Assembly (NCBI GenBank): GCA_905178155.1 | Contig: CAJINV010000024.1 | Location: forward strand, 414,715 to 478,714 | Length of the DNA: 64,000 bases | Direction: 5' to 3' | Origin: Amoebophrya sp. A120 | Lineage: Eukaryota > Protista > Dinoflagellata | Shown: piece by piece, positions 25,300 through 38,200 of the stretch | Layout of the letters: each line of letters begins with the position of its first letter | Position numbering within the stretch: the first letter of the stretch is position 1 | Position numbers and translations under genes: made by a program | Notes under the pieces: generated by a model | What the model saw: the letters and a program-made list of their open reading frames with translations, nothing else | The model's database searches: none | Told to the model about the DNA's origin: nothing

Positions 25300-26254
25300 A
25301 TATGTGTGCAAATGTCGACAACGACATCGTCGAGTACAACTCGAAATAGAAGTATCGTTTATGAAAGAGTAAGGGTTGTAACAGGGACTTACAGTGCCAG
25401 CTTTAAAACAAAATTGCGCAGTACCTCTGTTGGCACCGCCTGCTACCCGCGCTGCACCCCTGTATTCCCACCTGGCGCACCTAGTTGTAGCTCGTCGTTC
25501 TCTCTGGGGACGCCGAAAGCCACAAACTTTTGTTGCAGCAAGCACCACCAGTGTTGCGCCAATTTTCTAGCAAAGCGAGAAAATACAGCTATAATCATTT
25601 AGCCGAGTCTTATCATAATTGTTTAGATTTATGGTCGTCACCAAAAGAGCCTCCCTATGTACTTTAGTCTTGATGTCCGTGTACTTGATGTAATAGTTCA
25701 AGAACAAATGGATTGAGGTGACCGGCAGCCGCAGCAGCAAGACCCCCTAGTGCCGACGTTACGTCTCTTTTGCCGTGCGACCGCCCTGCAATCGCCCATT
25801 GAGCCACAGCTTTTTCAACGAACCACGTGCGCTCATCCAAGAGGACATCTTCCAAGTCGTGTACTTACTCTCACCGACTCGACCTCGAGGCAATATCGAA
25901 TTCAAATGTGTCTGGATCTGGAAAGTAGTCTTGTAATGTTGCTGGGAGTACCTGGACCGCGGAGTGGCTGCTCGTACAGCATGACAGCATGACATCGTGT
26001 TTTCCCTCTTCCAGAGTTCTTGCCAAGCGAGTCAGGATTCGTGCAGTTTAGCACTTTGCGCGTTTACAATCAACGTCGTTGTCCAGCACGATAAATAAAA
26101 AGCCGGCCACTCGCATTCATGCAACCGATCGTGTTGACTTTCAAATCTTGCAGCAAAATATCCAGCCCCAGACACGTTTTGTGCAATGTATGCATACGAA
26201 AATAACTAGCATTTACTTCGCGTGAACACCGTTGTAAGCGTCGACGAACAGAAC

Positions 26255-29200
26255 ATGAAGCGGAATTCCACCGCGAAGGCCTCTGCACCACCCGGCGCAA
26301 CCTCGGCTACCGGCAGGAGCACTTCATCAACACGGCAGATTCGCAATGCGGCAGGCATTGAGAAGCAGATCGCGTTTGATCCCGAAAAAGTCACAAAGCT
26401 GCGGTGAGAAAAATGTTGGGGCAAAAGATACACATGTGCTGGAAAAAATTTACCCATACGCAGTTCATGCGCATTACAATCACATTGGAATTGACTATCG
26501 CCGGTCGTGCAAAATGAAAATATATAATGTAAAATGCAGGGCACTCCATGGATTTTGTAAATACTAGGTGCATGAGCTTTCGACGTTGTTCTATTGCCTC
26601 AAAATTTTGTTTCCCAGCATACATAATCAAGGACCTCTACAGCTGGACCATGCTTGACAGCTTCTTTGACGGGGATCAGTTAGTTCCGCCACCGAATCGC
26701 GTCAAGTGGCTGGTGGTCAAGCACGAGGCGGCAGCAGAAAAGGCAACCGAGGTAAGTACTAAGACGAAGAGCTTTGTCTTTGACATGCTGCCTGGTATTC
26801 TGTGTACTTAAAAACGGCCCCACCCCCCCAGAGTCAAGATCGTAATTCTGCAACACAAACCGCCAAGTTTTAGGAATCGCGCATGACAAGTTTCTCATTC
26901 TCTTCGCACTGTAGTGTTGATTAGCGAGGGCAGCCGCATCACAAAGACGCGCGGTTATCATCTTTACAGCATCGCAAAATCCAGAATACGACTAAAACTT
27001 GGAATTCCTTTCGTGGGGATGCGCGTTGCAAATCTTTCTGTCACTGCAAATCTGTGTGACAACTTTGGGATTTTTACTCAGGATACGTGGCACTTTCTAT
27101 ATTTTTTTTCATATCGCAGTCCCAGTCGCCTATTGATAAGAAAGACGAAAAGAGCGGCATACTTACACAGTTTTTTGATCCGTTTTGCACACTCAAATTG
27201 GATTTCAAAATTTCTTAACACAGGCCAGCGCAGACAATCAAGACTTCGATGAGAACGAGCAAAGCGAGTCCCTTTCCGAGCGTCTTCTCATGGAGGATGT
27301 GGTCGCGCAGCCATCATTCGGCGCGGACGGTGAACCCCGGCTTGCGGATATCAATCGAAAATAATTCTGGGTCTGGAAGAGTGCAGATATTTGTGTTTGT
27401 CATGCCGTTTTTGCATATCACTATCACAGGAAATCAGGCATGAAAGGCCTCAAATGACGGGTTTGCAGAACGCTGCGCAATGCCTAATTCGCATTACAAA
27501 TCCACTCTTTCAATGGCAGGAAAAAGTGTGCAACTGCTGCTGGCCATGCATGACAATTTCTTACGTAGGCTGGTGGAATGCGCATGACAAATGTAGTGCA
27601 CTTTTCCAGGAGGCTCGGACAGACTTGCAATGCATAGTGGATGACGAAGAGCTAATTGATTGGGACGACCAGAACGTGGCCTACCAGTTTATGCAAAAAA
27701 AGCGTTACAGTCACACGACGTTGCGTCGCAAAAAAAGGATGCAAAACAAACAACGTTTGTCATGCGCAGAATGCTTGCGAGCCTCTCGCTTCATGTGTGT
27801 TGTGCCTCACATATCTCTGCATTGCAATTTTCTCTGTCATGCGAGTCAAGTTTGTGATGCTGAATTCACTACAAATGCCTAAGGCTAACTGTCACACTTT
27901 TTTTCCTTTGATGCAGTTCATCGTCACTACACTACACCTATCCTCTGCAAATATGATAGTTTTAGGGACGTGTTGGAAACTGCGTGTCTGTCATGCAAGT
28001 TGGAGGAAAAACCAAAACGTCGTCTTAGAATTGCATACTAATATTTCCATCAAATCCAGCATGACAAACTGCCTAGCTTGTCGCAATTGTGCCTAGAAGC
28101 ATCATGACGGACATAAAAGTTTCTCTGGCATTGCCAACCTTACCCTGCATACGCCGAGCCTGTCATCGTGATGCCGCAGCATGAAGAATTCGTTACCAGT
28201 GTTGATGAAGGAACCTTGCTGGATCGCGCTTTCGAGGCCCTGACACTGGACGACGCCCGCTCCTTTGTCTTCGACGAGATCTACATGTGCAAAAGCGTAG
28301 ACGGCGAAAAGGTGTTTGATAGAATGTTGAAGAAGGTGCCCCCACGGTGGAAAGAGCACCGGGTTTATTCGTTGCGGGATATTGTAATGGGCGACCCGGT
28401 AGCGGTGTATTTCCCCGTGTGGACGAAGGTAGCACACAAGTATTTGTCCGATCGCGGGCCTGAAGAAAATAATCCTCGCATCCCGATAAACCGCAACTGT
28501 TGTTACGCAGTTTTGGAGCTTCCCGACAAAGAAGTCGAAAAACACGTGCGCGGGTCGGGGGGCATCGCGTTCACCGAGGCACACCGGAAAGAGTACGCAA
28601 GGACCATCATGCAGCACCTTTGGCGTGGACGCGTATTTTTTCCGGACGAGCTTGTGCGGAAAGCAATGTGCTGGGCAGACTACAAAGTGGAGGACGCAGT
28701 GACAGACCTGTGCGAAGCTGCTGCAAATTTCGTATCCAATGCAAATTTGTCTGGGTCCACCTCTGGAAAGATGCGGACGATTTATCGTGGGGGCCGTTGC
28801 TTGCCAGAGGCCTCTCTGTCTCCTACGGCATCACCGCATGACAAACTCTCTTCTATCACGGCAAAAGAGTGATCACTTTTGCCATTCACGCATGACACAT
28901 CTCACTGCTCTTCAAATTTTGCATCACAAATCCAGACCCAGACACATTCGCAATGCATCACTTGAAGGTAGCAGCGAGGAAGCGAACGGCGAGGACGAGC
29001 AGCAGTATGCATTGCAAATACGTCTGGGTCTGGGAACGTGTGATGCTGCGTAGCGACTCATGAGGACGCCACAAGTGACGGCTCAGCATGACAAGTTTTT
29101 GAGTTACTATGTGTTGCCTATTCATCAGGAGCATGACAAACTGCGTTTTCGCCAGGCAAACCATGGGGACTATTCGTGTTGGATAAAAACGCGCATGACA

Positions 29201-30092
29201 ACAGAGCTAAGCGTCCAAGTGTATGTTAGCTGAGCATGACAAACTTGCATTCGTCCTCCAGATTCAGACATATTTGCATTTGATAAGCAGCCCGAACGGG
29301 CAAAAGTGCGGAAAGTGCTGGCGGTATCAAATGCAGAAATGTCTGGGTCTGGAAGATTGCCAGGTTTGTGATGCATATTTTGCATAACTGATAATGCCTG
29401 TAAGTAATGCATGACCTAGCAGCGCAGATTTTTAAAGGGCCTTCTGATGCGTATTCCGCATGAGAAATGCGCACTCCGCGTAGCACAAACTGAACTCCTC
29501 TTGCTGGGCATGCAATGCAGATTTTTTTGGAATCCAAATTTAGCATTACAAATTCCAACCCTCCAGACCCAGACCTTTTTGCAGTTCATAGGCGGAGTGT
29601 TTGAGTAACGCAAACCCCGAACACTTTTGTCGAGCCCTGGTGTCCTCCTCAAGCCCGATGGAAGACGTGGGAATGCTAGCCGCGACAGTTGTAGGAGATA
29701 TGGGGCAATCTACACTAGAAGGACAACAGACCTGGACGCCGCTTTCGCAGCTATCCGACCTCGACAAGCTAAATCTCTTGCAAAACCGCATTGAAGCATT
29801 AGCAACTCGCGTCGCCGGACCATGGGCATGGGCAACCCGATGGGATTTTCTGCTGACCGCGTGCCGCGATCTAGGAGTCCAGACCAGCGGCGATATGTCC
29901 TCGCGGCGAAACGAGATGCAGACTCTGGCAGGCCTGCAGGAGAAAGATTTTCCGAAGGTCATGGAAATGCTCGGGGTTGGTCGGTTCCTGAAGGACACGC
30001 TCGGAGAGGATTCAGCGGAGTTGCAGACGATGGTGGAGTTCCTGAAAGACTGCGAGTGGCGGAAGTGGCCGGAAGTGGTAAATCTTGAATAG
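26255..30092 (+). CDS. multi-exon hypothetical protein, distant member of the 50049/53858 family (ubiquitin-like N-terminus); start and some junctions uncertain
   Basis: IKDLYSWTMLDSFFDGDQLVPPPNRVKW matches VADLCSWSIIEKLFDEDQLLPPLHRIKW; ELPDKEVEKHVRGSGGIAFTEAHRKEYA matches DLPLTEWRKHARASGGKAFTDDHRMELA. GT-AG intron 26752-27223; introners at 27349-27636, ~28733-28959, 29006-29285, 29325-29590. Confidence 0.7.
29006..29285. mobile_element. TIR introner
   Basis: TATGCATTGCAAATACGTCTGGG...CAGACATATTTGCATTTGATA, perfect DR AGCAG. Confidence 0.85.
29325..29590. mobile_element. TIR introner
   Basis: TATCAAATGCAGAAATGTCTGGG...CCAGACCTTTTTGCAGTTCATA, perfect DR GGCGG; removal joins KVLA|ECLSNAN in frame. 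Confidence 0.85.
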
Positions 30093-32248
30093 ATTTAACT
30101 GGACAGCAAGATGCAGAGTTGGTACGTGGACGAAGGGGATTTGGGGATTTTGTCTCTTCGAGGTATAGAATTGCAGGAGTTTTCCCCTCCTTCATCGAGT
30201 GGAATTGAATTTTACAGATCTCGCATGTACTATGTGGTCGGAAGAAAAATATAGAAAGGTGCTGCGACAAGTAAATAAGTACGTCCACTGCACAAACCCA
30301 CCGCTACTTAGAAGAAGGAAATAAGTCAGCGAGTAACTCAGAACCTGCACGCTAGGACATCCTAGCACAACGAGTGGTTAGGGCCAAAGAGCACACAGTA
30401 TATTCCCTTTTAACTTTAAGCCTAAGTGCAGTTTTGAACTCTGTGGAATATGATGTACTTCTGGTGAATTACCTTGCCATCGTTTCCTGCCGGTGCCTGT
30501 TTTGTTGTAGAAAGTGGCCGTACTGCTACTGGGCGCATTTGTCTGGAGTGTGTTCCTCGGATATCTGCCGAGATAGAGAGAGCGAAAAACAAAAAGCAAA
30601 CCGAATCCGTTCCGTTACGTGCCTATCAATCTAATATCAGCACGATCCAAAATGCCCTCAATCTAATATCAGGCCCTTTTTCATCTCGCTCTTCACGATC
30701 CAAAATGCCCTTAGCAAGCGAATACGTTGGACATATTAGACCGCGTCTCCATACGGCAAGTGCGCGTTGATCTCATCATGTTTTGACGCCACTTTTCGGC
30801 TAGGATCCTTCGACGAAAAAAGTAAATAAGTTGCGCCCGGTCTGTGCTCCCGAAGGTATCATGACAATCCCGTTATAGACAACCATATGTGACCGTGACA
30901 TTTCTTGTGAGAGGAAAACTTCTGTTCTTTCTTTTTGTGTGCCATTACATGTTGATCGAGCCTACCTCGTAATCCGCAACATAACCGAGAGCGAAAGCGG
31001 TGTCAGTGCAACGCAGACCATTGTCCGTCGGCTTTTTTGCTTTCGCCATTCTTCGAGAACTATCGCTTCGACGTTTTTTCGCTTTGGCTTTCGAATCGAA
31101 GTAGCGAGAAGCCCTTCCTTCCATTTCTTCATCATCGTTGACAGATTCTCCATAATCAACAAAACACCAACAGTGAAGCTTTTTTTCCAGGTGGGGAAAA
31201 ATCTACGAAAAAGAATTCACATCTTGAAGAACAGTAAATGTACCAAAACTTAAAATTACAACTTTTCAAAATTACAACCGGTAAGAAATAAACGGAAAAT
31301 TTACAATTTATACCCAGAGAACTACAAGCTAAAGCTTTTGCTTCTGATCGCTTAACAAGCTTTTGTAAGTACTGTTTGCGAAACGAAATATAGCACGCAA
31401 AGCCCTCGTCGTGTCCCCATGCACATTGATTGAAAATACAGCTCCACGTCCACTTGCATCCGTGGAAGATACCTAAAAATATTGTGATTGTATTCAAACT
31501 TCCCTTTAGCATTTTACCTTTGGACTTACAATACTATACGCTTCCCAGTGAGATTCCAAGTAGTTTAACTTATAACTTTTTCAAAAAGGCAACACATATT
31601 TGGTCCAGCAGCTCCTGAGCGGCTTTCACGACTGCCTGCAGCCTTACTCGTAACGGAGAAATCCGCACAAATTCTGGCTGTACTTGGCACAGCTCGCAAG
31701 ACCTACGATTCCTTTTCCGCGTTCGCGTGCAATCAGCCTTTTCCGCGTTCGCGAGTGCCACACGTTAGTTTTTTTTTCTGTCTCCCCAGAAACAGAAAGA
31801 ATACGCGACGAATAAGCTCATTAACAGCACGACAGCTGCAGCTGCTCGGGTACTTAAGTATCGTAGTCACTTCGTTATCACCGATTCAGGCACCGCTGCG
31901 AAGCGTCCTGTTTATAATCTTACAAAAATTTTTCAACGACAAGCACTAAAAAACTTTCAAAACGCCATGATGGATAGCAAGCTATAAACTATCGAAGCAG
32001 ATTTCACTGTACAGACAGTATCGGGAAGCCCATAAATCAACTCGATTTCAAACCAACCGTCGCAGGAGGTGTCAAGTGGCTTTCTGTTGCCCAAAGGTGC
32101 TTCCTGCTTCAACTGGTCGCAAAGCGAGGATAAGGGGACAGTGTTACGTCGTGTATTTTTATACATACGATTTGTACAGTGACTGATATTTATATCAACG
32201 CCGTATTAATTAGTGCTTGTTTCAGCAAGCAAGGACGAAAAGATCAAG

Positions 32249-35200
32249 ATGCCGCCCAAGGCAGCGGGACCAGCTGCGGCTCAAGCTGCACAGATCAAGC
32301 TGCCGAGCCCGGTAATCGAAGCGCCTATGCAGATATCAAATGCAAAAGTGTGTGGGTCTGGAAGATTGCAAACTTGTGATGCTGTGTTTGGATTCTAAAA
32401 AAAATTGTATTGCATGACCAGCAAGAGGACTCCAGTTTCCCCTACGCGGAGAGGGCATTTCTCATGCGGTAGAGGTATCGCAAAGCCCTCTAAAAATCTG
32501 TGATGCTACGGCATTCATCACAGACATCATGGCTCATGGAAAATATGCATGACAAATCTAGAAATCTTCCAGACCCACACACTTTTGCATTTGATGGCAG
32601 TTGCGTGACAGCGCGGTCAAGATTCCCGGGGAAGAGGCAAAGATCAACAACCGGGTCTTCCTATGGCGCAGAGAAATTCACTCGCGCCAGATAAAAACCA
32701 AAGTCGGGCCGCGGCCGTTCGTGCCACCAAAAAAAATTCTCTTTGGAGGGTTTCAGCGCGAAAACGAACTGCTTTTAGCATTACAAACTGCGCGCGGTAT
32801 TCCTGAAAATTGCCGATGTCTCCATACCTCGTCTCCCCATTCTTACAGAGTCAGTTTTTGGTGGCGCGACTTGTTCAGCAAATCAAAGTTGGTCTTTGTC
32901 TGGTGCGGGCGTTCTTTTCCGGCGAATACTTCGAGTGCCATCACCTGCAAGTGATGACGCCGACGGACGAGCCGGATTGGCAAGGGCCGGCGGTCAACGG
33001 TGCAGCATATGAAGTGTGAGAAAATATGTTGTCACGGCACTATGAGCAACGTGTAGACTATTTTGACTTTGGCTGCGGCGTGTTTGTAGGTTTATCAACT
33101 TTCTAGCGTGTGCAGCACCACGATGGGAGTCAGTGTTGATCTGTGCTACAGATCAACACTGACTGTGATGCAGCGTAGTTCTTATGCATGATCATTCTGA
33201 ATTCGAGACGGAGACATGCAGTACTTGATCAAGGAACAGGGATCAGTTGTACACCTTGCTTGTACTACCGTGAAAGCGTCTTTCTAGTGCATATCGAGCA
33301 AACGATTCCGTACAAAAAAGCGGAGCACCTTATGGAATTCTCAAATATCACATTCTCCACTGTTACAAGATTTGTCATGCAAAATTGCAATCAGAATCGG
33401 AACGATCAAGCTGCTTCGCATAACAAATTCTCGGAGGGCCAAACAGGCCGAGAGCCTGCGTAAAATCGGTCACGCAAGACGCGCAAGGCCGCCCCTTTCA
33501 CTTTTGCTAGTCTAGCATCACAAAGTCACGTAAAAGGTGAGAACGTAATATTTGAGAACGCCATACACCTGAAACTGTCCCTGCCCCGCTATCATAAGGA
33601 AAAATCCCCTCTCCCCATATCGAAAAGAAAACTATTGTGATGCTGATTTGTGACGGCAAATCGACTTTGTTGCTAGAAGGGCAAGAGACGCAGCTGGTCC
33701 CTCGTTTGCATGCAATTTGTCATGCTATTTCCCGTTTCCAGTTGCTTCCTGTCAGGCTGAAGACGCAAGGCCTCCCCACGGCAGACACCACCACAATTCG
33801 CGCCTCTTCCTTTGTAGCGTGACAATGAGATTTGTGCTCGCAAATCCAAATCTCTTTGAGTATGGGGAGGGGGGATTTTCCCTCTGGATACCCGCGGAGA
33901 AGGGGAGTGGAAGGTCGGCCACCTCGGCGCGGGCGCGTTCGGCCATGTCGTACGGTGCGGGAGGAAAAGGCCCGGCGACCGCGAGAGCGACGTGCGGTAC
34001 TACGCCATAAAGGTGATCAAGAACATCCGAGACAGGGATCCCAATGAAAAGATCCGGTCGATTCGCGAGGGCATCTGGAGCCTCCTGATGAAAAACGGGC
34101 TGGTATCCTGAGAAAAAACGTCCCCACCCCAGAGTTGTCATGCAGATTTGCACTTCCAGGAACTGAACATGTGCATCCTCAGGAGAACAAGCATTTGCAG
34201 TCGTGATTTAGAATTTGTGATGCTGTAAACACGAAGATCAGAGGATGGCTTTGCGATGCAGCTGTCCTTGCTAACCCGCATTACAATACAGACAAGATAA
34301 AAACTTGTCATGCGTGATTCCCAAAACAGGTGGCTACAACGGATTTGTGTTGCAAAATTCCCATCTTCACTGTGGGGCGGGAACCTTTTTACACAGGATA
34401 GCACGATTACACGGGGATCATCCGGTGCTTCGGCGTGTGGTTCGACCCGTACGCCAACTCGTTTTGCATCCTCATGGAAGATATCAAATGCAAATATGTC
34501 TGGGTGGTCTGGAAGAAAACAGATAGTTCTTGTCTTGCAGGTCTTTATTCGTGCGCAAAAAGGAGAAGGTGTGGAATGCGCACAGACGAGCATGACAAAT
34601 TCTGCAGAAATTACTCCAAGCCTAGACTGCATGAGAAATGCCCTCTCCTGGACACTTAAGTCGGACATTGCAGATTTTTTCCTAATTCAGAATCCGCATG
34701 AGGACGAGGCGCACGCAACCTTCCAGACCTACTAGACACATTTGAGATCCATAGAGGAGGGAGTCTTCACATTCGACGACAAGAGAGTCGACGTCGACAA
34801 CGAGAACGTGAAAGAAATGCTGCCAAGCTGGGTCGGTCAAACGATGTCGGCCTTGAAACGGTTGACGCAGATGAGAGTGATCCACCGCGATATGAAGGCC
34901 CAGAACATGATGCTGGTAGTGGACACAGCGAAGCTCGGCGGCAGACCCTTGCCCGCGAAACACGACGATCGCATTTGGCAGTATCTCCGTGCGGTGCTAA
35001 TGGACTGGGGGTGTGCGAAAGGTATTGACGGGAGGAGATTTTGTAGTAAGGGATTTTTGTAGAATATCTTAACGGTTTCCTTCTTCTTCATTCCCGATCC
35101 AATTCTCACACGACATGCTTGTATCATTTTTCAGGTCGCATCGCTACAGTGCTAAAATTATTCCAACATTTCATCAACGTACCAAAGGCGTCGATGCGAA

Positions 35201-38200
35201 ACCGGGCAAGAATGGAGGGCACTCTCCGAGGGGAACCGTCGGAACGGACGACTACCATCCCCTGGAGTCGAGATTCAACATATCGGAGGTAAATGTGTCT
35301 GGGTCTGGAAAGTTTGGAACTTTTGATGCTGTCTTCGGAATCTAGAAAAATCTGTATTGCAGCATGACCAGCAAGAGGAACCCAGTTTATGCCACGCGGA
35401 GAGGGCATTTCTCACGCGGAATAAGTATAGGAGAGCCCTTTAAAAATCTGTAATGCTAGGCCATGCATGACAGGCACCATGTTTGTGGGTCATACAAAAT
35501 TATACATGAGAAAACCCGGCGATCTTCCAGACGCAGATAACACATTTGCATTTGATACAACAGACGGAACCGTGAGGAAAATCAAGTGGCAAACGACCTC
35601 AACATATACCACGACCTCTGGCCGTTCGGGATGATTTTGTTCGAGTTGCTCTTGCGCTTGAAGTATGGACTGCAAATATGTCTGGGTCTGGAAATTTGTA
35701 ATGCTGGGCTGTGAAAAATAGTAAGTGCCCTTCTATGCACAAACAGTCAACTCAAGCCTGTCGTAGGAATATTTGTGCGGCTCTAAGTCGCGCTTTCTGC
35801 ATCACGACAGGCTGCGTTTGGGCATGACGCGCATAGCTTCTGGGACGCACCACGAAGTCTTCAGTCATGCCAGACAAGCATTACAAACCTTGCATTCTTC
35901 CCGACCCAGACGGATTTGCAATGCATATGAACTTCCGGGGAATGCCACTCATAACGGGAGTGATGGAGAGGTGCGGTTACTGGAGCGCCGAAACCAGGAA
36001 CTGGATCGAAGAAAATGTAGTAGTAAAATACGAGGGCGAGGACAAAGAATTCGACTCGGAGGTGTGGGAGTACTACGCGTGGATCCACTTCTGCAACGTC
36101 GCGGGCCGCTCTGTCGACGCGGCGGAGACCGAGGGCACTACCAACACTGCCGCTATCAAATCCAAACTCAGCCGCTATCAAGTGCAAAAATGTCTGGGTC
36201 TGGAAGAATGCACGATTTGTCATGCGTATTTCAATTTCTCATGACCCATGATGCCTGTAATGCATGGCCTAGCTGCATCGCAGACTTGTAGAGGGCTTCC
36301 TGATGCACCTGCCGCACGAGAAATGCCCTGTCCCTATAGCAAAAACTGTACCCCTCTTGCTGGTCATGCAATACAAATTTTTTAGAGTCCAAAACCAGCA
36401 TGACAAGTTGCAATCTTCCAGACCCAGACACTTTTGCAGTTGATAGCCGTGAGCAGGTGAAGGCGATAAGCAGGGTCACCAAGGAGCTGCAGCAGGAGGC
36501 GGCGCAGAAGGATCCCAAGATCGCGCAGCTGGCGTATGGGTTCTCAAACGTTATATTCCTAGCTGCATTTGCATGAATTTGCCATGCAAAATTAACATAA
36601 ACCACTTCTCGACCAAGCTGCTTTGCGTGACAAATTGCCGAAGGGCTACACAGCCTGTAAATCTGAGCAAAGTCTGTAATGCGACGCGCGCAAGTACAAC
36701 CAGCGCCCACGTTTTACTGTTGCTATTATGATTGCATCACAAATTCAACATGTATATAACAGTTGGGAATGTAACAGTTGAGAATCCCATATCGCGAGGC
36801 AGCTAATGCAGGGTAACCCAACGGACCGCTATAAGGCCTTCAGCAGGGACAAACTGGAAACCGACTACGGGATCGAAATCCCCAACGACTGGGTGCGAGG
36901 TAGCTCCGACGTCGAGGCCGGAGACTTTGGTCACTCGCCGCAGCAGTTGGCCGACAATCTCCAGCCCTTGGCCGAGCTATGAGAGTGCACGACCCCCTTT
37001 CGCCGACCTCATTTGTCACACGACCAAACCGGAATCCGACGTTGGTCTTTCGCATTGTCTTGCATGACAAGTCAGTGCAAACCCAGCAGCACCACGATAA
37101 AGCCGTAAACTTGTCATGCTGCAAAAAAGGACATTTCTCCCGACGTGCTCTCTTTTGCTTCTTCTTTTCTTGTGCCGTTCAAACGAGGGGAAGGGAGGTC
37201 GCGCACCCTCATACGAAGACATGATGGAGCATTACAAGGACGGCGGTCAGAAGTTGAGCCAGCACTTGATCGACATTCTGAAAAACATGACGACCGACCA
37301 CAACAAGGAAAAGTACTCCGAGCTTTGCAGCCAGCAACAGTTGGCTGAGGCACGGGCCTCGGACTTCTGGGGCGGGGAGCGACCGCCATGTATTGCACAC
37401 ATCTTACTATAATATCGATGTCAATGATGATCAATGTGTACAGTACTGCAGGTAGTACCTTTTTTGAGGATACCGTGAAAGAGAACGTACTGAAGTGTTA
37501 AAAGAATAGACTGTATTGATGGTGGTGATCGGAATAAATAACGATGCGCAACAATAAATCCATTCATTCTGTTTTGAAAGTTAGTGAGCTGATATTATGC
37601 TCGAAATGATGGAAATAAAAACTGAACCTCTCTACAGACGCTTCCCCCAGCAGGAAGAGCCAGAATCCCAGGAACCTGAATCTGGAAGTGATGGTGCCGC
37701 CGGCGCCGCCCCGCAACGCGAATGAGGTCAACCCCCTGCCGCTGCCCGGCGTATTCCTGAAGGTGTCCAACGACATGACGCGCGAAATAAGTAACGAGCA
37801 GGTGGATTTGCAGATGCTCCTGGACCGCTGGGGCACGGAAAAGCCGACGGACTCGAACACCGGAAAGCAGATGGGTAAGCAGAAGGTGGACACAAAGAGG
37901 AACGAGGGGATGCCCATTATTCGGCTGCGCAAATACAGGGGCCACTGGGAGGACGAAGACACGGTTTTGGTCCACAACGCGGAGCAGCTCGCGAAAATGT
38001 GTCTCCACTCCGGGGTGTGCAAAGAGCGATTCGGCGGCAGGCCCGAGCTGCAGACCCTGTACCTGTATCAAATGCAAATATGTCTGGGTCTGGAAGACTG
38101 CGAGATCTGTCATGCAGTTTTTGCATGAGCCAGCGCCAGATCGTCTGGCATGCAAGCTCTAGCATCACAGATTTGGAGCGAGTATCTCAATGCCAAATCC

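Noticed and set aside
36149-36170. GCCGCTATCAAAT as an alternative 5' end of the 36176 introner
   Set aside because: It is 22 nt upstream, so using it would shift the frame, and the TIR match is short.
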